Source: Squalus acanthias
Taxonomy: Eukaryota
Direction: 5' to 3'
Length of the DNA: 64,000 bases
Assembly (NCBI GenBank): GCA_030390025.1
Contig: CM059431.1
Location: forward strand, 108,874,001-108,938,000
This document shows, in pieces, positions 1 to 12,306 of the stretch. Under the pieces are notes generated by a model, which was not told the DNA's origin, made no database searches, and saw only the letters and a list, made by a program, of their open reading frames with translations. How positions within the stretch are numbered: the first letter of the stretch is position 1; each line of letters begins with the position of its first letter. Both the position numbers and the translations under genes were made by a program.

Positions 1-204
1 TTTGACCCATTGTCCTGGGTCAGGGGTCATTATCTATGCAGGACACCTGCTGCACTGGAAGAGGAGGGAACATGCTCAAAAGGCAGCAGAAGAGCCCCAG
101 GGAAAACTCAAACTAACTATGATTGTGTGAGTTGCCCTTGATCTGTAGAGGAGTTAAATCATGCACATATTTACTTGTTCCATGCTTTCTTAATTTTTTT
201 TAAC

Positions 205-604
205 TTATGCATTCACGGGATGGGGGCATCATTGGCAAGGCCAGCATTTATTGCCCATCCCTATTTGAGAAGGTGGTGGTGAGCTGCCTTCTTGAAGTGC
301 TGCAGTCCATGTGGTGAAGGTACTCCCACAGTGCTGTTAGGCCCATCCAGTTTTTGATACAACTGAGTGGCTTGCTCGGCCATTTCAGAGGGCAGCTAAG
401 AGTCAACCACATTGCTGTGGGTCTGGAGTCACATATAGGCCAGACCAGGTAAGGACGGCAGGTTTCCTTCCCTAAAGGGGTACCATTTTCATGGTCACTA
501 CTACTAATAATAGCTTTTTATTCCAGATTTATTTAATTGCCATGGTGGGATTTGAACTCACGTCTCTGGATTACTAGTCCAGTAACATAACTACTGTGCT
601 ACCG
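205..604 (-). mobile_element. tRNA-headed SINE with LINE-derived tail (...GGGATGGGCAATAAATGCTGGCCTTGCC...)
   Basis: Minus-strand head GGTAGCACAGTAGTT...GAGTTCAAATCCC (A/B boxes); body shared with 10195-10485; tail shared with the LINE end at 21455-21860. Confidence 0.7.
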
Positions 605-817
605 TAGCCCTATATGCTCTTAATACGTTCAGTCTCGGGCTTCTTTTACAATTTGGGAGGGGTGTTGTTCCAGTATCCTGTTATTTATTGTTTCAGTTAA
701 TTTTGTGCTCATTAAGGTAAGGATTATTAGCACTGGGGAATGAAACACCTTCCATTTCAAGCACTGAGTGTCAGCAACAACTCCTCTCAGGTCAGATAAA
801 GTACAGCTAGACACATA

Positions 818-1002
818 GGGTGGAACTTATGACTTCACCAGGGACTTAAAACAGGCGACAGTGGATCGGCTGCCCACTATACATGCCAATCGACTTTCTT
901 TTCTATTGGAATCAATGGAAAGTAAAATCGTGCACGGTATATAATGGGTCACCAACCCATTAGTGCCCGTTTTATGTCCTGCCAAAGTTAAAAGTTCTGC
1001 CC
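818..1002. mobile_element. MITE, PIF/Harbinger-like (185 bp)
   Basis: Termini GGGTGGAACTT / AAGTTCTGCCC with ATA on both flanks (3-bp TSD). Confidence 0.75.
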
Positions 1003-1998
1003 ATAGTAAAGCTTCCTCTATTGTGCCCCAAAAATGTACCTCAGCTCTAACCTCAGAAGAACCCCCCCGATTGAATTGTTTTTTCCTGTTTCACACATCA
1101 GCCATCCTGTGGCATACCGGAGTGAGACAGTGCCTAATTAAGATTGGTTTCATGCTGTAAACCCATCCACATTCAAAACTGAATTAAGATACCCAAACTA
1201 ATTTTGCATAGGACCCTTACAGCCAGCAACAAAGAGTTCCATGCCATCATTCTGGGCTCAATTCGACTCAGTTTTATTCTCTGCACCACTTAGTCCCTGC
1301 ATTTACTGCTCCCAGAATCACAGTGCATGGGCACTCAGGACTGTCGCAGATTCTTTGAGTAGTTATAAGGGGCTCACTTCCAAATGGTGATCTTACTCCT
1401 GAAGACCTAGAAAGCTCACCAGCATAAGGGAAGAAATTGGTCCCCGTCACGCTCGCTTATTGGGGAAAATATTTGCGTTAGAGTGACTAATTTCCGCACT
1501 TGATCTCTTGCACCCAATTGTCCCCTCCTAGGCGTGAGCCTTTGGCACAGTGGTAGCATTCCCGCCTCTGGGCCATGAAGGTGCAGGGTTCGAACCCCAC
1601 TCCAGACAGTCAATAAGTCCTGGCAAGTGGAGTCGGAGCTCCAGCTCTGAATTCTGGGTTGACATCCAGTGGGAAACTCGTGTCCGGTGGGTGTGGGTCA
1701 TTCCTCCCCTGGCCCCCTCATCGTATGGGTTGTGGGAGCCCCTAAAACCCTCCCACTCTTACCAGCTGGCATAAAGATGGTTGCAGCCATGGAAAGAGCA
1801 TTGACGTCACGGCCTGTCCCACTGTTAATCAGCCTGCAAATCCTCCCACTACTTCACACTGTTCCCCAAGGGAAGAGCACAAAGATACAAAATGATTATA
1901 AAGTCCCCTCCTCCTCTCCCCACCCAGAAATGCTCCCTCTGCCAAATTGGCAGCCGGCAACTTCCAAGTGTCTGGGACACTCACCCAAAGCAAGAGGT

Positions 1999-2395
1999 AA
2001 GAAATAGGAGCAGGAGTAGGCCATACAGCCTTTCGAGCCTGCTCCACCATTCAATAAGATCATGGCTGACCTTCGACCTCAACTCCACTTTCATGCCCAA
2101 TCTCCATATTCCCCTAGCGTCCAAAAATCTATCTATCTCAGCCTTGAATATACTCAACAATTCAGCATCCACAGCCCTCTGGGGTAGAGAATTCCAAAGA
2201 TTCACATCCCTCTGAGTGAAGAAATTCCTCCTCATCTCAGTCTTAAATGACCGATCCCCTATCCTGAGACTATGCCCCCTAGTTCTAGACACTCCAGCCA
2301 GGGGAAACAACCTCTCAGCATCTACCCTGTCAATCCCCCTCAGAATCTTACATGTTTCAATGAGATCACCTCTCATTCTTCTGAACTCCAGAGCA
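1999..2395 (-). mobile_element. CR1 LINE 3' fragment
   Basis: ORF2 C-terminus MRGDLIET...RTRGHSL...FFTQR..NLWNSLP plus CR1 3' hairpin tail. Confidence 0.93.
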
Positions 2396-3581
2396 CATAG
2401 GCCTCTTGAACCTGCTAATCCAGGGCCTAACGCCTATTTTAGGATCCCTCTGCCAAATTGGTCATAAACTGTGTAAAGCATGCGCCGTGCTTTTTTCCCA
2501 GGTCCCGGTTATTTTAGGGTGCATTGTTACAGCCAGTAACCGTCCGTCAGCTAACAGCTACTGAAGCAGAATCATATCCCAGTTTACAAACCAACTTATC
2601 AAAATCACAGCAGACATTCTCTTGTATTCTGCTGCAAATCAGCTTACACTTCTTAACTGCAGAGACATTGAGAATTGTCGTTCAATCCATTTATTGTACT
2701 TATTGATGGTTATGTTTGAGCCCGAAGACTAACATCACAAGTACTGAGTAATATTTTCAATGCCAAACATATGCAAACTTACAACACAGCAGATGTCTTG
2801 AAGGTGAAACTAGTCAAATTGTGTTCTCTTTTCTTACGAAGAATAAGCCAGAATTACTGCTCAATTGAAAGGGACTTTCTTTCAAAAACTTGTGAGGAAC
2901 ATAGGAACAGGAGTAGGCCATTCAGCACCTTGAGCCTGTTCTGCCATTCAATTAAATCATGGCTGATCTTTATCTTAACTCCATCTACCTGACTTGGTTC
3001 CGTAACATTAGGGAATGGGGTACAATTTGTCCTGCGTGGTCGCACCAAATGGGAGATACTGAATCAGCAACCTGTTCCATTGGTACGGTGGAGTTTTCTT
3101 CTCCACAATAGAAAAGAAAATCGGGCGGAGTGTAAAACGAGACGTTGATTTGCTTTCACCCTTTTTTTCAGATTTCACCCCCATTGATTCTTTGGGAATG
3201 TGAAAAACTAGCTGGGGAGATTTCTTCTGTTCACTATTTGTAACTAAAAAGCAAGTGTACAATTTTGTTACCAACAGCAAAGAGAGGAACTCTTCACACC
3301 AAAAGAGTTCTGCATCTTGATTTCATGGGCATACGGGACTATAATGCCCATCATGCTGTTTGACCCCGAGATGAGCTTTCAACCACATATCCGCTCCATC
3401 ACCAAGACCGTCTACTTCCACTCCCGTAACATCACCTGACTCCACCGCTGCCTCAGTTCATCTGCTGCTGCTGCTGAAACCCTCATCCAGGCCTTTGTTA
3501 CCTCCAGACTCGACTATTCCAACGCTCTCCTGGCCGGCCTCCCATCTTCCACCCTCCTTAAACATGAGCTCATTCAAACTC

Positions 3582-4014
3582 GGGCAACACGGTGGCATAG
3601 TGGTTAGCACTGGTGCCTCACAGCGCCAGAGACCCGGGTTCGAATCTGACCTCGGGTGACTGTCTGTGTGGAGTTTGCACATTCTCCCCGTGTCTGCGTG
3701 GGTTTCCTCCGGGTGCTCCGGTTTCCTCCCACAGTCCAAAAATGTGTGGGTTAGGTTGATTTGGCTATGATAAATTGACCCTTAAGTGTTAGGGGGATTA
3801 AATATGTGGGGTTATGGGGATAGGATGGGATATGTTAGGGGGAATTAAATACGTGGGGTTACGGGGGTAGGGTGGGATATGTGTACTGTGGGGATTAAAG
3901 CAGGGACAGGGTACTGGATTTGGATGATCAGCCATGATCGTATTGAATGGCGGAGCAGGCTCGACGGGCTGAATGGCCTACTCCTGCTCCTAGATTCTAT
4001 GTTTCTATGTTTCT
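3582..4014 (+). mobile_element. V-SINE (HE1-like) with CR1-type tail
   Basis: tRNA head (TGGCATAGTGG, GGTTCGAATC); V-domain GTGGAGTTTGCACATTCTCCCCGTGTCTGCGTGGGTTTCCTCCGGGTGCTCCGGTTTCCTCCCACA; (TTCTATGT)n tail; AAACTC duplicated at 3576-3581 and 4015-4020. Confidence 0.9.
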
Positions 4015-4197
4015 AAACTCTGCTGCCCGTGTCCTAACTCGCACCAAGTCCCGTTCACCCATCACCCCTGTGCTCACTGACCTGCATTGGATCCCGGTCC
4101 GGCAACGCCTCGATTTAAAAATTCTCATCCTTGGTCTGTCCGTTCGTCCAGGGCCTCGCCCCCTCCCTATCTCTGTAACTTCCTCCAGCCCTACATC

Positions 4198-4347
4198 CAA
4201 TGTTCCCCCTAAGGTGAGCGGCCACATGACCGTGCCACTAATCACGAGGTCCCACGCAGGATGCTCAACAGCTCCTGTCGTTGGAAGAGCGGCCACACAG
4301 CAAATTTAAAGAGACCGCGCATGAAAAAAAATTAGAGGGAACATTTG
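4198..4347. mobile_element. hAT-like MITE (~150 bp)
   Basis: TIRs CAATGTTCCCCCTAA / TTAGAGGGAACATTT; interrupts the L2; TSD degenerate. Confidence 0.65.
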
Positions 4348-4551
4348 CGACAACTCTTCGAGACCTCTGCGCTCTTCCGATTTTGGACTCTTACGCATCC
4401 CCGATTTTAATCGCTCCACTTTGGCGGCCGTGCCTTCAGCTGCCGAGGCCCTAAGCTCTGGAATTCCCTCCCGAAACCTCTCCGACTCTCTCTCCTCCTT
4501 TAAGACACTCTTTTTGACCAAGCTATTGGTCATCTATCCTAATATCTCCTT

Positions 4552-4804
4552 GGCCCCAATTTTAACTCCAGGTGGATTCCCCGCTCAGGCCCGAGTTGAA
4601 ATTGCAGTCAGGTCTCAATGATGTCATCGGGCCGCAACATGCAGATGTAAAGAAGGACCCTGTCGGCTCCGGGCGCGTGTCCTTGCTGCCTGCTCAGGAG
4701 AGCAGATTAAAATTACAGATGTTGCGATTATGGCGGCTTTCGGACAGGTAAGAGCGCCCACCCGCCAGGTTTCTGCTGAGCGAGTAGGGTTAAAACCGCC
4801 CCCC
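4552..4804. mobile_element. Harbinger-like MITE inside L2 3'UTR
   Basis: Termini GGCCCCAATTTTAACTC / GGGTTAAAACCGCCCCC; L2 sequence resumes on both sides. Confidence 0.6.
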
Positions 4805-6321
4805 TTAAGTGGCTCAGTGTCAAATTTTGTTTGATAACGCTCCCGTGAAGCACCTTGGGATGTTTTACTACGTTAAAGGCGCTATATAAATGCAAGTTGT
4901 TGTGGTTGTTGTTTACAAACAGCTACAGGGTTGTCAAATACCTTTCACAGATAATGCCACTGTAGTACGAATATATGGATTAAAAAAGACCACCTGGTCC
5001 ACTGAGTCTGTCCATGCAGCGATGTTGTAACTCGGCATCACCACCCCCAAAGCTCCCCCACCTACCAGCAGTCATGTAATCATCGGGAAGAGGTAAAACA
5101 ACAGATTTAAAAAAAACCCTTGGCCAAGTCAGGCAGAAAGAATTCTGAGAAATTCCTCTCCCACTTCCGAAAATGATCAAAAGCAAGATTCAGGAGACAG
5201 CAATGACCATGAGGTACGTTAGCCAACATCCCACCTTCCTTTTTGTATGCAATATCAGGAACTTGTCCAGCTCCCTTTTGAATGTTTACCGTGAATCGGC
5301 ACTGCTCGAGCTGGCAACTTATCGGAGATGTTGCTCAAACTGCACTGATGGATTGGCAAGAGGAAGAAGGGAGACGGTAGCCATTTCCCGTCCATTGAAC
5401 TCCGTAAGCAGCCAGTATACCTATACGGACCTACAATGGTATACTTACACAGAGTCAAAAAGAAGCCCAGCATATTAAGTATAACGGTGGCATAAGGGAA
5501 TGGATTTTGTCCCTTTTCAGGTATATCATCAGGATGAGGAGTAAATAACTAACCAGGGAGAGCCTGCCTTCAGACTGTGTGCGAGGAGATGTCCATTTCG
5601 GTGCCTGAGTGTTTAAGTGTATTGCCCTGCCAGCAAAGAGGACAGTAACACATGCAAACCTCCACAGATATCACCGTACCAATGGAACAGAAATTACCTG
5701 AGCCATTTAACTGTTTACAACCATCAGATTCCTCATTTTGTGTGTTCATAAGAAAGATTAAAGAGAAGATTGTCAGGGCAGAAGTGAGACATGATAAATA
5801 TTTCCACTGTGTGACCCAAACAGGCCACGCATGCGTTACAGGGGTAGATTCCGAGGCCTCCCGCCCAGAGGAAATCGGGTGGTGGAACCCCGGAAATCGC
5901 GGTGAATGACTTAGTGCCCGGTTAGTGCGGGCTTCCCCCAGACATGCTACTGGCCAGTTGGAACGCCCACCTGAGTCAGGTGGTGCACCCATTAAAAATG
6001 CAAATCGAGGTCCCGTGATGACATCGGAGGTCACCGAACTGACAGCGCCTCAAATTTGGCAAGAAATGTAAGAGCACCTCATGAAATCCTGTATTAAAAA
6101 TTGATTGTATAACATTTTAGTGTTAGTAAATGAGCAGTGTGTCCTACCAGCTTTTCGCCAACACTTCTACAGGCATCTGGAGTCCAGACGGCAGTGACTG
6201 GAGGCCCGCGCATGTGTAAGAGAAAGAGGCCCAGCCAGCAGTATAACTCAAACCAGTACCTGCAGTTTAACAGCACTGTTCATAAGAGAAAAACTAGGTG
6301 GCTAATGTACCACCGTTTAAT

Positions 6322-6445
6322 GTCATAGAATGATACAGCACAGAAGGAGGCCATTCAGCCCACCGTGCCTGTGCTGGCTCTTTGAAAGAGCTCTCCAATT
6401 TAGTCCCACTCCCCCCTGCTCTTTCCTCACAGCCCGGCAAATGTC
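6322..6445 (-). mobile_element. CR1 3' tail fragment
   Basis: CATAGAAT..ACAGCACAGAAGGAGGCCATTC...; near-identical to 11320-11455. Confidence 0.8.
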
Positions 6446-6559
6446 CTTCGTGTACGAGTAACACTGTACTTACTCGAAAAAAAACCTCAGCCAGGACAGA
6501 AATGAGCCAGACAAACTGTCTGAGGGCTCAATGGAAGGACACAAATCAATTTGTAGGCG

Positions 6560-9500
6560 TCAAATGGAGATTTCAGACAATTTTATTAGCAGATTGTTGA
6601 AAAGAAAGAAAATTAAATACAATACAGTAAACGTGGTTCTCACATTTAAACCAGGCTCAAGTAACTAAGCTACCATAGAAAAATCTCGATTTCTTGCATT
6701 ATGATGTAAAAACAGATTTTTTTTTGTACAGATTTTGTACAACAAAATTCGTAATAACCTTTTTTTTTTAGAAAACTTTAAATATATAGATAAAAATAGA
6801 CAATTTTCGTATGTCCTAGTTGAAGATGAGTGTGTTCTGTTCCAAGGGCTTGCATAGAGCGCAAATGTGGTTATAATACAGGATACCTAAACATTAATAT
6901 GTTCAAGATAGAAAGTATATAAACAATAACGTGAAAATGTATTGTACTGAGAGTCAATGAACAGAGTTTAATAAACAACAGAACTGGGGGAATTCTTCTT
7001 GTAAAAAAAAAAATCAACCTACAACACAACCTTCCTACGACTTTTTGCTTGAAAACCTGCAATAATGTTCTTTCTTTTGGAAACCCTCTCTAGTATTGGG
7101 TTCCTACGAGCTTCATTTTACCCTTCTCACTTCTGTTTTCAAAACCAAAGGATTTGGCATCTCAAACAGGTCAACAAAAGATGACAGACTATTGACCATC
7201 AAAGTGCCAGCCACTCGTATGGTTTGCTAACTGGAATGTGGGAATGTCCTGTTTAGATTGGCAGGGTATGGTTTTTGTCTATTGTCTTGACAGTAGCATG
7301 TTAACTGTTGAGATGCGAGTCACCGCACTTGTACTATCTCTGTGGGGGGGAGTGGGCAATATCCTGTTTGGTAATTGTCCCGGGGTGATCTACAATAAAA
7401 TAAAGACTCTATGCAAGGAGCAGAGGAGCAACAAATGCTAGGTAAGAGTTTTTTTATATATCTTTTTTTCTTGTCTTAAAAAAAAAATCACATGGACAAT
7501 TAAGTTTGCTTTCCTTACCAGAACGCACGTCAAGACAGCTGTTAACCCTTTCAAGACCATCGCGGTTAAAAAAGAAAAACAAAGAGCTCCCTTTTTTCCT
7601 CCCTTTTGCAACTCTTGTGATGCTGTGCCTGGAAAGCAGAGTAATGGGAGATGGGCATGCGCCAATGGAAAAGTGGTATCCCTTCACCCGCCAGATAATG
7701 CCTTCGATTATCGCACGGGTGCCACCTATTCTGCTATATTTGCATGTTATCTTTCTTCAGATATCTGTCATGCCATAATCACCACCTATATAGTAAACCT
7801 CATGCTGAGTTCAATGTTGCTCTGTATATTCAAAAGATATCTTGCTGCCAGATTCCGGGATCCGGATAAATCAGAACTGCCCTTAGATCATTTCAAATAC
7901 CTAGATGTCGTGTTTCTATATAGAAAACAAGCCGGTAGATTCAGGCAGGCTCATAACAACATTGATTTTTTTTTTTCCCTGCACTGGTGTTTAATCTTAT
8001 GTTTCTGACCTGTTTGCTGCGTTTTCAAGTTTAATATATCTTTCGTTAAAAAAAACTGCTTGAAGAATACAACCAGATTTCACAAGCCCAATCGAATGGA
8101 TGGTCCTTTGGCGAGGGAAAGCGTTGTCAAGCTGATTGTGCCTGAAAGAATTCTGAGGGCCTTGTAACACCTACCAGCTTGTCTGATCTGGTGGGTCAAA
8201 GTTCACCAATGACCATGAAAAATGACAAAGTATAGTTTGACTTGTTCTGTGCACGATGGTCAACAGCGACAGTTTTTTTTTGTTTTGTTGCAAGGACAGT
8301 CTTTTAAGGGTTACCATGGCAGTGAACAAAGGCAAAATGAAGAGAAAAAGCTACACTAGCAAATTAGCACTGTGTTGGAGTTTACTTCCAATTATTTGCA
8401 CAAAGGTGAACACACAGTTTATCAAAGACAGTGATAATTACACATAACCATCCTTCCCTATTACACAGGGAGAATACAGACTTCAACTCACCACTCAGCT
8501 AGGGTTTTTTTTTGTTTCAACTGTTACATCAAGTGTCGCAAAGTTCCTATCTTGTTTTGAAGAGCAACGCTTCAAGGTGACGCGAAAATAATAATAATTA
8601 AAAATAAAAAACAAGAGAGAAACATTCCTGTGGCATTTTGATCCAACTCGCTGCAACCGCCACAAATCTTAATTAAGATCATCAGTTCTGTATCAGAGAG
8701 CAGAGACAAGCTCTCCTCACGTGAGTGGCAGGCAGGGAGGGCTTTCGACCCACCCTGCTGACTTTGCAGAGGCGCACGACAAGACGCCAAGGATCCCGTT
8801 CAGTAATACTGTGACTTGAGAACAAATATTTACATGCCTGCATGCTTCGTTAATGAGCTTTATAACTAAAAATTGCAGTTTCTGGAACATACAGAGTGAC
8901 AAAACATATTAGCATCTAAATTTCAAAAGTACTGTGTTTTTTTTTCTCTAGTAATCTACTGCATACACATTACCTCCCTGTGTCATTATATACACATGAC
9001 CAGTAGCTTGGCTAAAAGAAGCAAACAGTATTCACAAATATCTGTGTGGAACACACAAATATAATTTTGTGACTTTTAAAACAACTTACATTCACTTGTG
9101 GGTTTTTTTCCCCCAATTTTGTTTCCTAAAGCTGAGAAATTTCAATGCCAGGTTTATCTTCTGCTGTTGCTGTAAGTCTTGCCTGAATACCCAAGGGGTC
9201 TCTGTCTCTCGCTCCTTTTTCTCCCCCTTGTTGAAACACTCAATCTACTGTTTGTCACAACATTGGTGTGGCGTTGTTTGATTTGTAATAACCTCCCAGC
9301 TCTGTGATTAAAATTCCATCGAATTCAGGAAAAGGACAGTCCAGAAGCTTTCTTGCTGGTTTGAACACAGCAACGATAACAACAAGAAAGAGAGGGAGGG
9401 GAGGAAAGACAACAAACATTAAAAAAAAAAGTTTGTTCGCTTCTTTTTCACTACTGGTGATTTTTTTTTGCGTGATGTGCTTAACATTGTACTTGTCAGC

Positions 9501-9873
9501 ACTGGTCATAGTTTAGTCCCCCAAAAAAGCACAAAGCTCGCGTTTGAGCCACTTATTCCCGTGTGCTCCGCCAGCAGTGACCTCCTGAAGGTAGTCAGTC
9601 ACTATTTGAGTTTGGTTATTTCATCTTCAGCAGCAGTGTGTGTTTGAGAGAGTTCTGCCATTGAAATCAGTTGCTGGAGAGGACTGTCGCCATAATACAT
9701 CAAACATTGCATGGATGACAAAGTAACATAGTTATGCAGACTGGGTAAAGCTGTCTCGAAAGCGCAGTTAACCCAATTGTTCGTGGAGGACTTTGTTTCG
9801 TCTTTTTGTACATTTTTTTTCCGTGTTCCTAATTGTCTTTTCGTGTCATGTGGCGTGTTTCTGCGCAGTTGTC
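6560..9873 (-). other. dach1: Putative dach1 3'UTR (~3.3 kb)
   Basis: Stretch free of recognisable repeats, U-rich on the minus strand, from the stop codon to AATAAA at 6587-6582; repeats resume below ~6450. The exact cleavage site is inferred. Confidence 0.7.
6582..6587 (-). terminator. Candidate polyadenylation signal AATAAA
   Basis: tttatt on the plus strand at the distal edge of the repeat-free UTR block. Confidence 0.6.
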
Positions 9874-9911
9874 TCAGTACATGACAGATGACTTCAGATA
9901 CATCCGTCCAT
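9874..9911 (-). CDS. dach1: dach1 terminal coding exon: (D)GRMYLKSSVMY*
   Basis: Strong acceptor gtgtttttatttttcag|; 38 nt to TGA (9876-9874); matches the DACH1 C-terminus DGRLYLKTTVMY. The last intron 9912-32451 is 22.5 kb. Confidence 0.96.
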
Positions 9912-10194
9912 CTGAAAAATAAAAACACAAATTGGTGACCTAAATTTAATCAACAACCTATGGCTTTCAGAGGTTAGAAAGTGCTCCTCCATATAGGCCA
10001 ACAGAATGGTGGAGAATTTCCATATGTGACCTTTACCCTTTTGAGTCTATTTGCTAACAAAGACATGCAAGGTTTCCTAAGATTATAAATTCATTCACGG
10101 GATGTTGGCGTCACTGGCAAAGCCAGCATTTATTGCCCATCCCTAATTTACACTAATTTGGGACAGATCCTTTAGAGTTCATTTATATGTTATA

Positions 10195-10485
10195 ATTCAG
10201 TTAATTAAATAAATCTGGAATATAAAGCTAGTATCAGTAATGATGACCATGAAACTATCGGATTGCCGTAAAAACCCATCTGGTTCACTAATGTCCTTCA
10301 GGGAAGGAAATCTGCCGTCCTTACCCGGTCTGGCCTATATGTGGCTCAAGACCCAAAGCAATGTGGTTAACTCTTAAGTTCCCTCTGAAATGGCCTAGCA
10401 AGCCACCACCTTCTCGAGGGCAATTAGGGATGGGCAATGCTGGTCTTGCCGGCGACACCCACATCCCATGAATGAATAAAAAAAA
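10195..10485 (+). mobile_element. SINE of the 205-604 family (head missing), next to an inverted tail copy at 10090-10150
   Basis: Reverse-complement similarity to 205-560; ends in an A-rich tail. Confidence 0.7.
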
Positions 10486-11319
10486 TACAGTTGCACAATG
10501 ATGATACTGTAGGAGCTACAATGGCGTCAGCAACATTGGGCCAGAGAGGGTAAAATTCAGTCAGGGTTCCTGCTCCTGATCATTATTCAATCAACTGTGC
10601 CGGAAAGTGGTATGGGTATGGCCATCAAGTGAGGGGGATGATTGAGCTTAGCTGTGATGTCATGGTCATAATGCCATGGCCAAGTACTCTGCCGAGGCTG
10701 GCTAACACGAAAAAGAGACTATTGCCGTGAGATACTAAAGGGTCGCTGGTACCTGTGGAGCTCCAACCCAGGGTAAGTCATTGCCTTCAGAAAAGGAAGA
10801 GAAAATTAGGACCTGTGGGAGGAGGAGGGAAAGAGGCAAAATAAAAGCAATCAACAAGAACATATTATAGCATGACGCTAGATGGCACAAATCAAGGTAG
10901 GAAAAGGCCATGCTAGAAGGGAACTCCAGATTCCATGGATAGAGATGTGAGCTTCTGTCGTGGGCTGACTCTGGAATATGGGATTTACATGGCAGGTTTA
11001 ACTGAAGTTGAATCTATACCAGGTGCGTGGGAGAATGAAGATCACAGGGTAAGCAGACCTCGACCGCTGGCACCACACAAATAATTACAAAATGGAAGAA
11101 TTATCACTCCACAAATGGGCACCGTTTATTAACGCAGTAAAGACGCTTAAAGCCGCATTTGTATTCAGAACAAGTGTGAGTTTTTCCAGTGTGGTAACCG
11201 CTGCGCTGTACAGGGGTGCAACACCCCAGAATATGCAGGGCAGATTCTGCAACGCAGCTAAGGACATTCCTTCAGATTCTCAACAGTAAGAACGGAAGTG
11301 ATGGTATCTCTCATGGAAG

Positions 11320-11455
11320 AATCATAGAATAACAGCACAGAAGGAGGCCATTCGGTCCATTGTGCCTGTGCTGGCTCTTTGAAAGAGCTGTCCAATTAGT
11401 CCCACTCCCTGCTCTTTCCCCATAGCCCTGCAATATTTGTTCCTTTGAAGTGTAA
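11320..11455 (-). mobile_element. CR1 3' tail fragment
   Basis: CR1 terminal hairpin and microsatellite. Confidence 0.8.
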
Positions 11456-12021
11456 GTGCAAAGGGGATCTGGTGCCAATTAAATCACTATTGTGGTTTAT
11501 GGTACATCAGAACACTACGATTGTTTTTTGAGCTTCGTTAGACACTCGCATCAATCAGTTATTCTCAAGCAGTGTTACTGTTTCACCCTTCAAGTTCTGT
11601 ACAAAATAAACTGCTTTATCTGCAGGATACCAGTATTTGAATATTTAAGAGACGACTACAGAAATGCATTTGCTGATAGATTTGTAATACACGCCATTCC
11701 AGAATAGTGAGGTTTAATCTGCTGTCACTGGGTCCTGTATAAAAGCTAATATATCCTCTATCAGCATGTTTGCATAATGCTCCTAACAGATGGATGAATG
11801 TTGCATGCCTTTAAGATGTCAAGTGTAAAATATATCCCACCTGCCGTGGTTTGAACAGATAAGGTCCCTGTATAGCTTTTTACATTATAATTTCGGTCAT
11901 ATCAGAGTTTACAGCCATTCAGCTTAAAAGAGCTGTACTCACTGCAAAAAGTACTTAATAAGCTGAATTTCCAGTTTTTTTTAAACCAATGGGCTCCTTC
12001 TGGTAGCTATTTTCTCACTAC

Positions 12022-12306
12022 GACAACAACTTGCATTTATATAGCACCTTTTATGGTCCCAAGGTGCTCCACAGGAGCGATTATCAAACAAAAATTGACA
12101 CCGAGCCACATAAGGAGATATTAGGACAGGTGACCAAAAGCTTGGCCAAAGAGGTAGGTTTTAAGGAGCATCTTAAAGAAGGAAAGAGAGGTAGAGAGGC
12201 GGAGAGGTATAGGGAGGTAATTCCAGAGCCGAGGGCCCAGGCAGCTGAAGGCTTGGCTGCCAATGGTGCAGCGATGGAAATCAGGGGATGCGCAAGAGGC
12301 CAGAAT
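12022..12306 (-). mobile_element. L2 LINE 3' end
   Basis: (CAA)n CTTGCATTTATATAGCACC; reverse complement of 4380-4915. Confidence 0.88.

Larger units (their letters stand above)
3350..4915 (+). mobile_element. L2 LINE 3' part, interrupted by three insertions
   Basis: L2 motifs (AFVTSRLDYSNALLAGLP; ITPVLTDLHWIPVRQR) and 3' end GGCGCTATATAAATGCAAG(TTG)n. Confidence 0.85.

Noticed and set aside
1535..1605. tRNA-like sequences with A/B boxes (also ~3582, ~20715, ~25840, ~57635)
   Set aside because: SINE heads; I could not fold a complete cloverleaf and they run into SINE bodies or decayed sequence.
7625..8008. 127-aa plus-strand ORF and small hairpins within the 3'UTR
   Set aside because: Non-ATG start, antisense to the dach1 UTR, no recognisable domain; hairpins are short enough to arise by chance.
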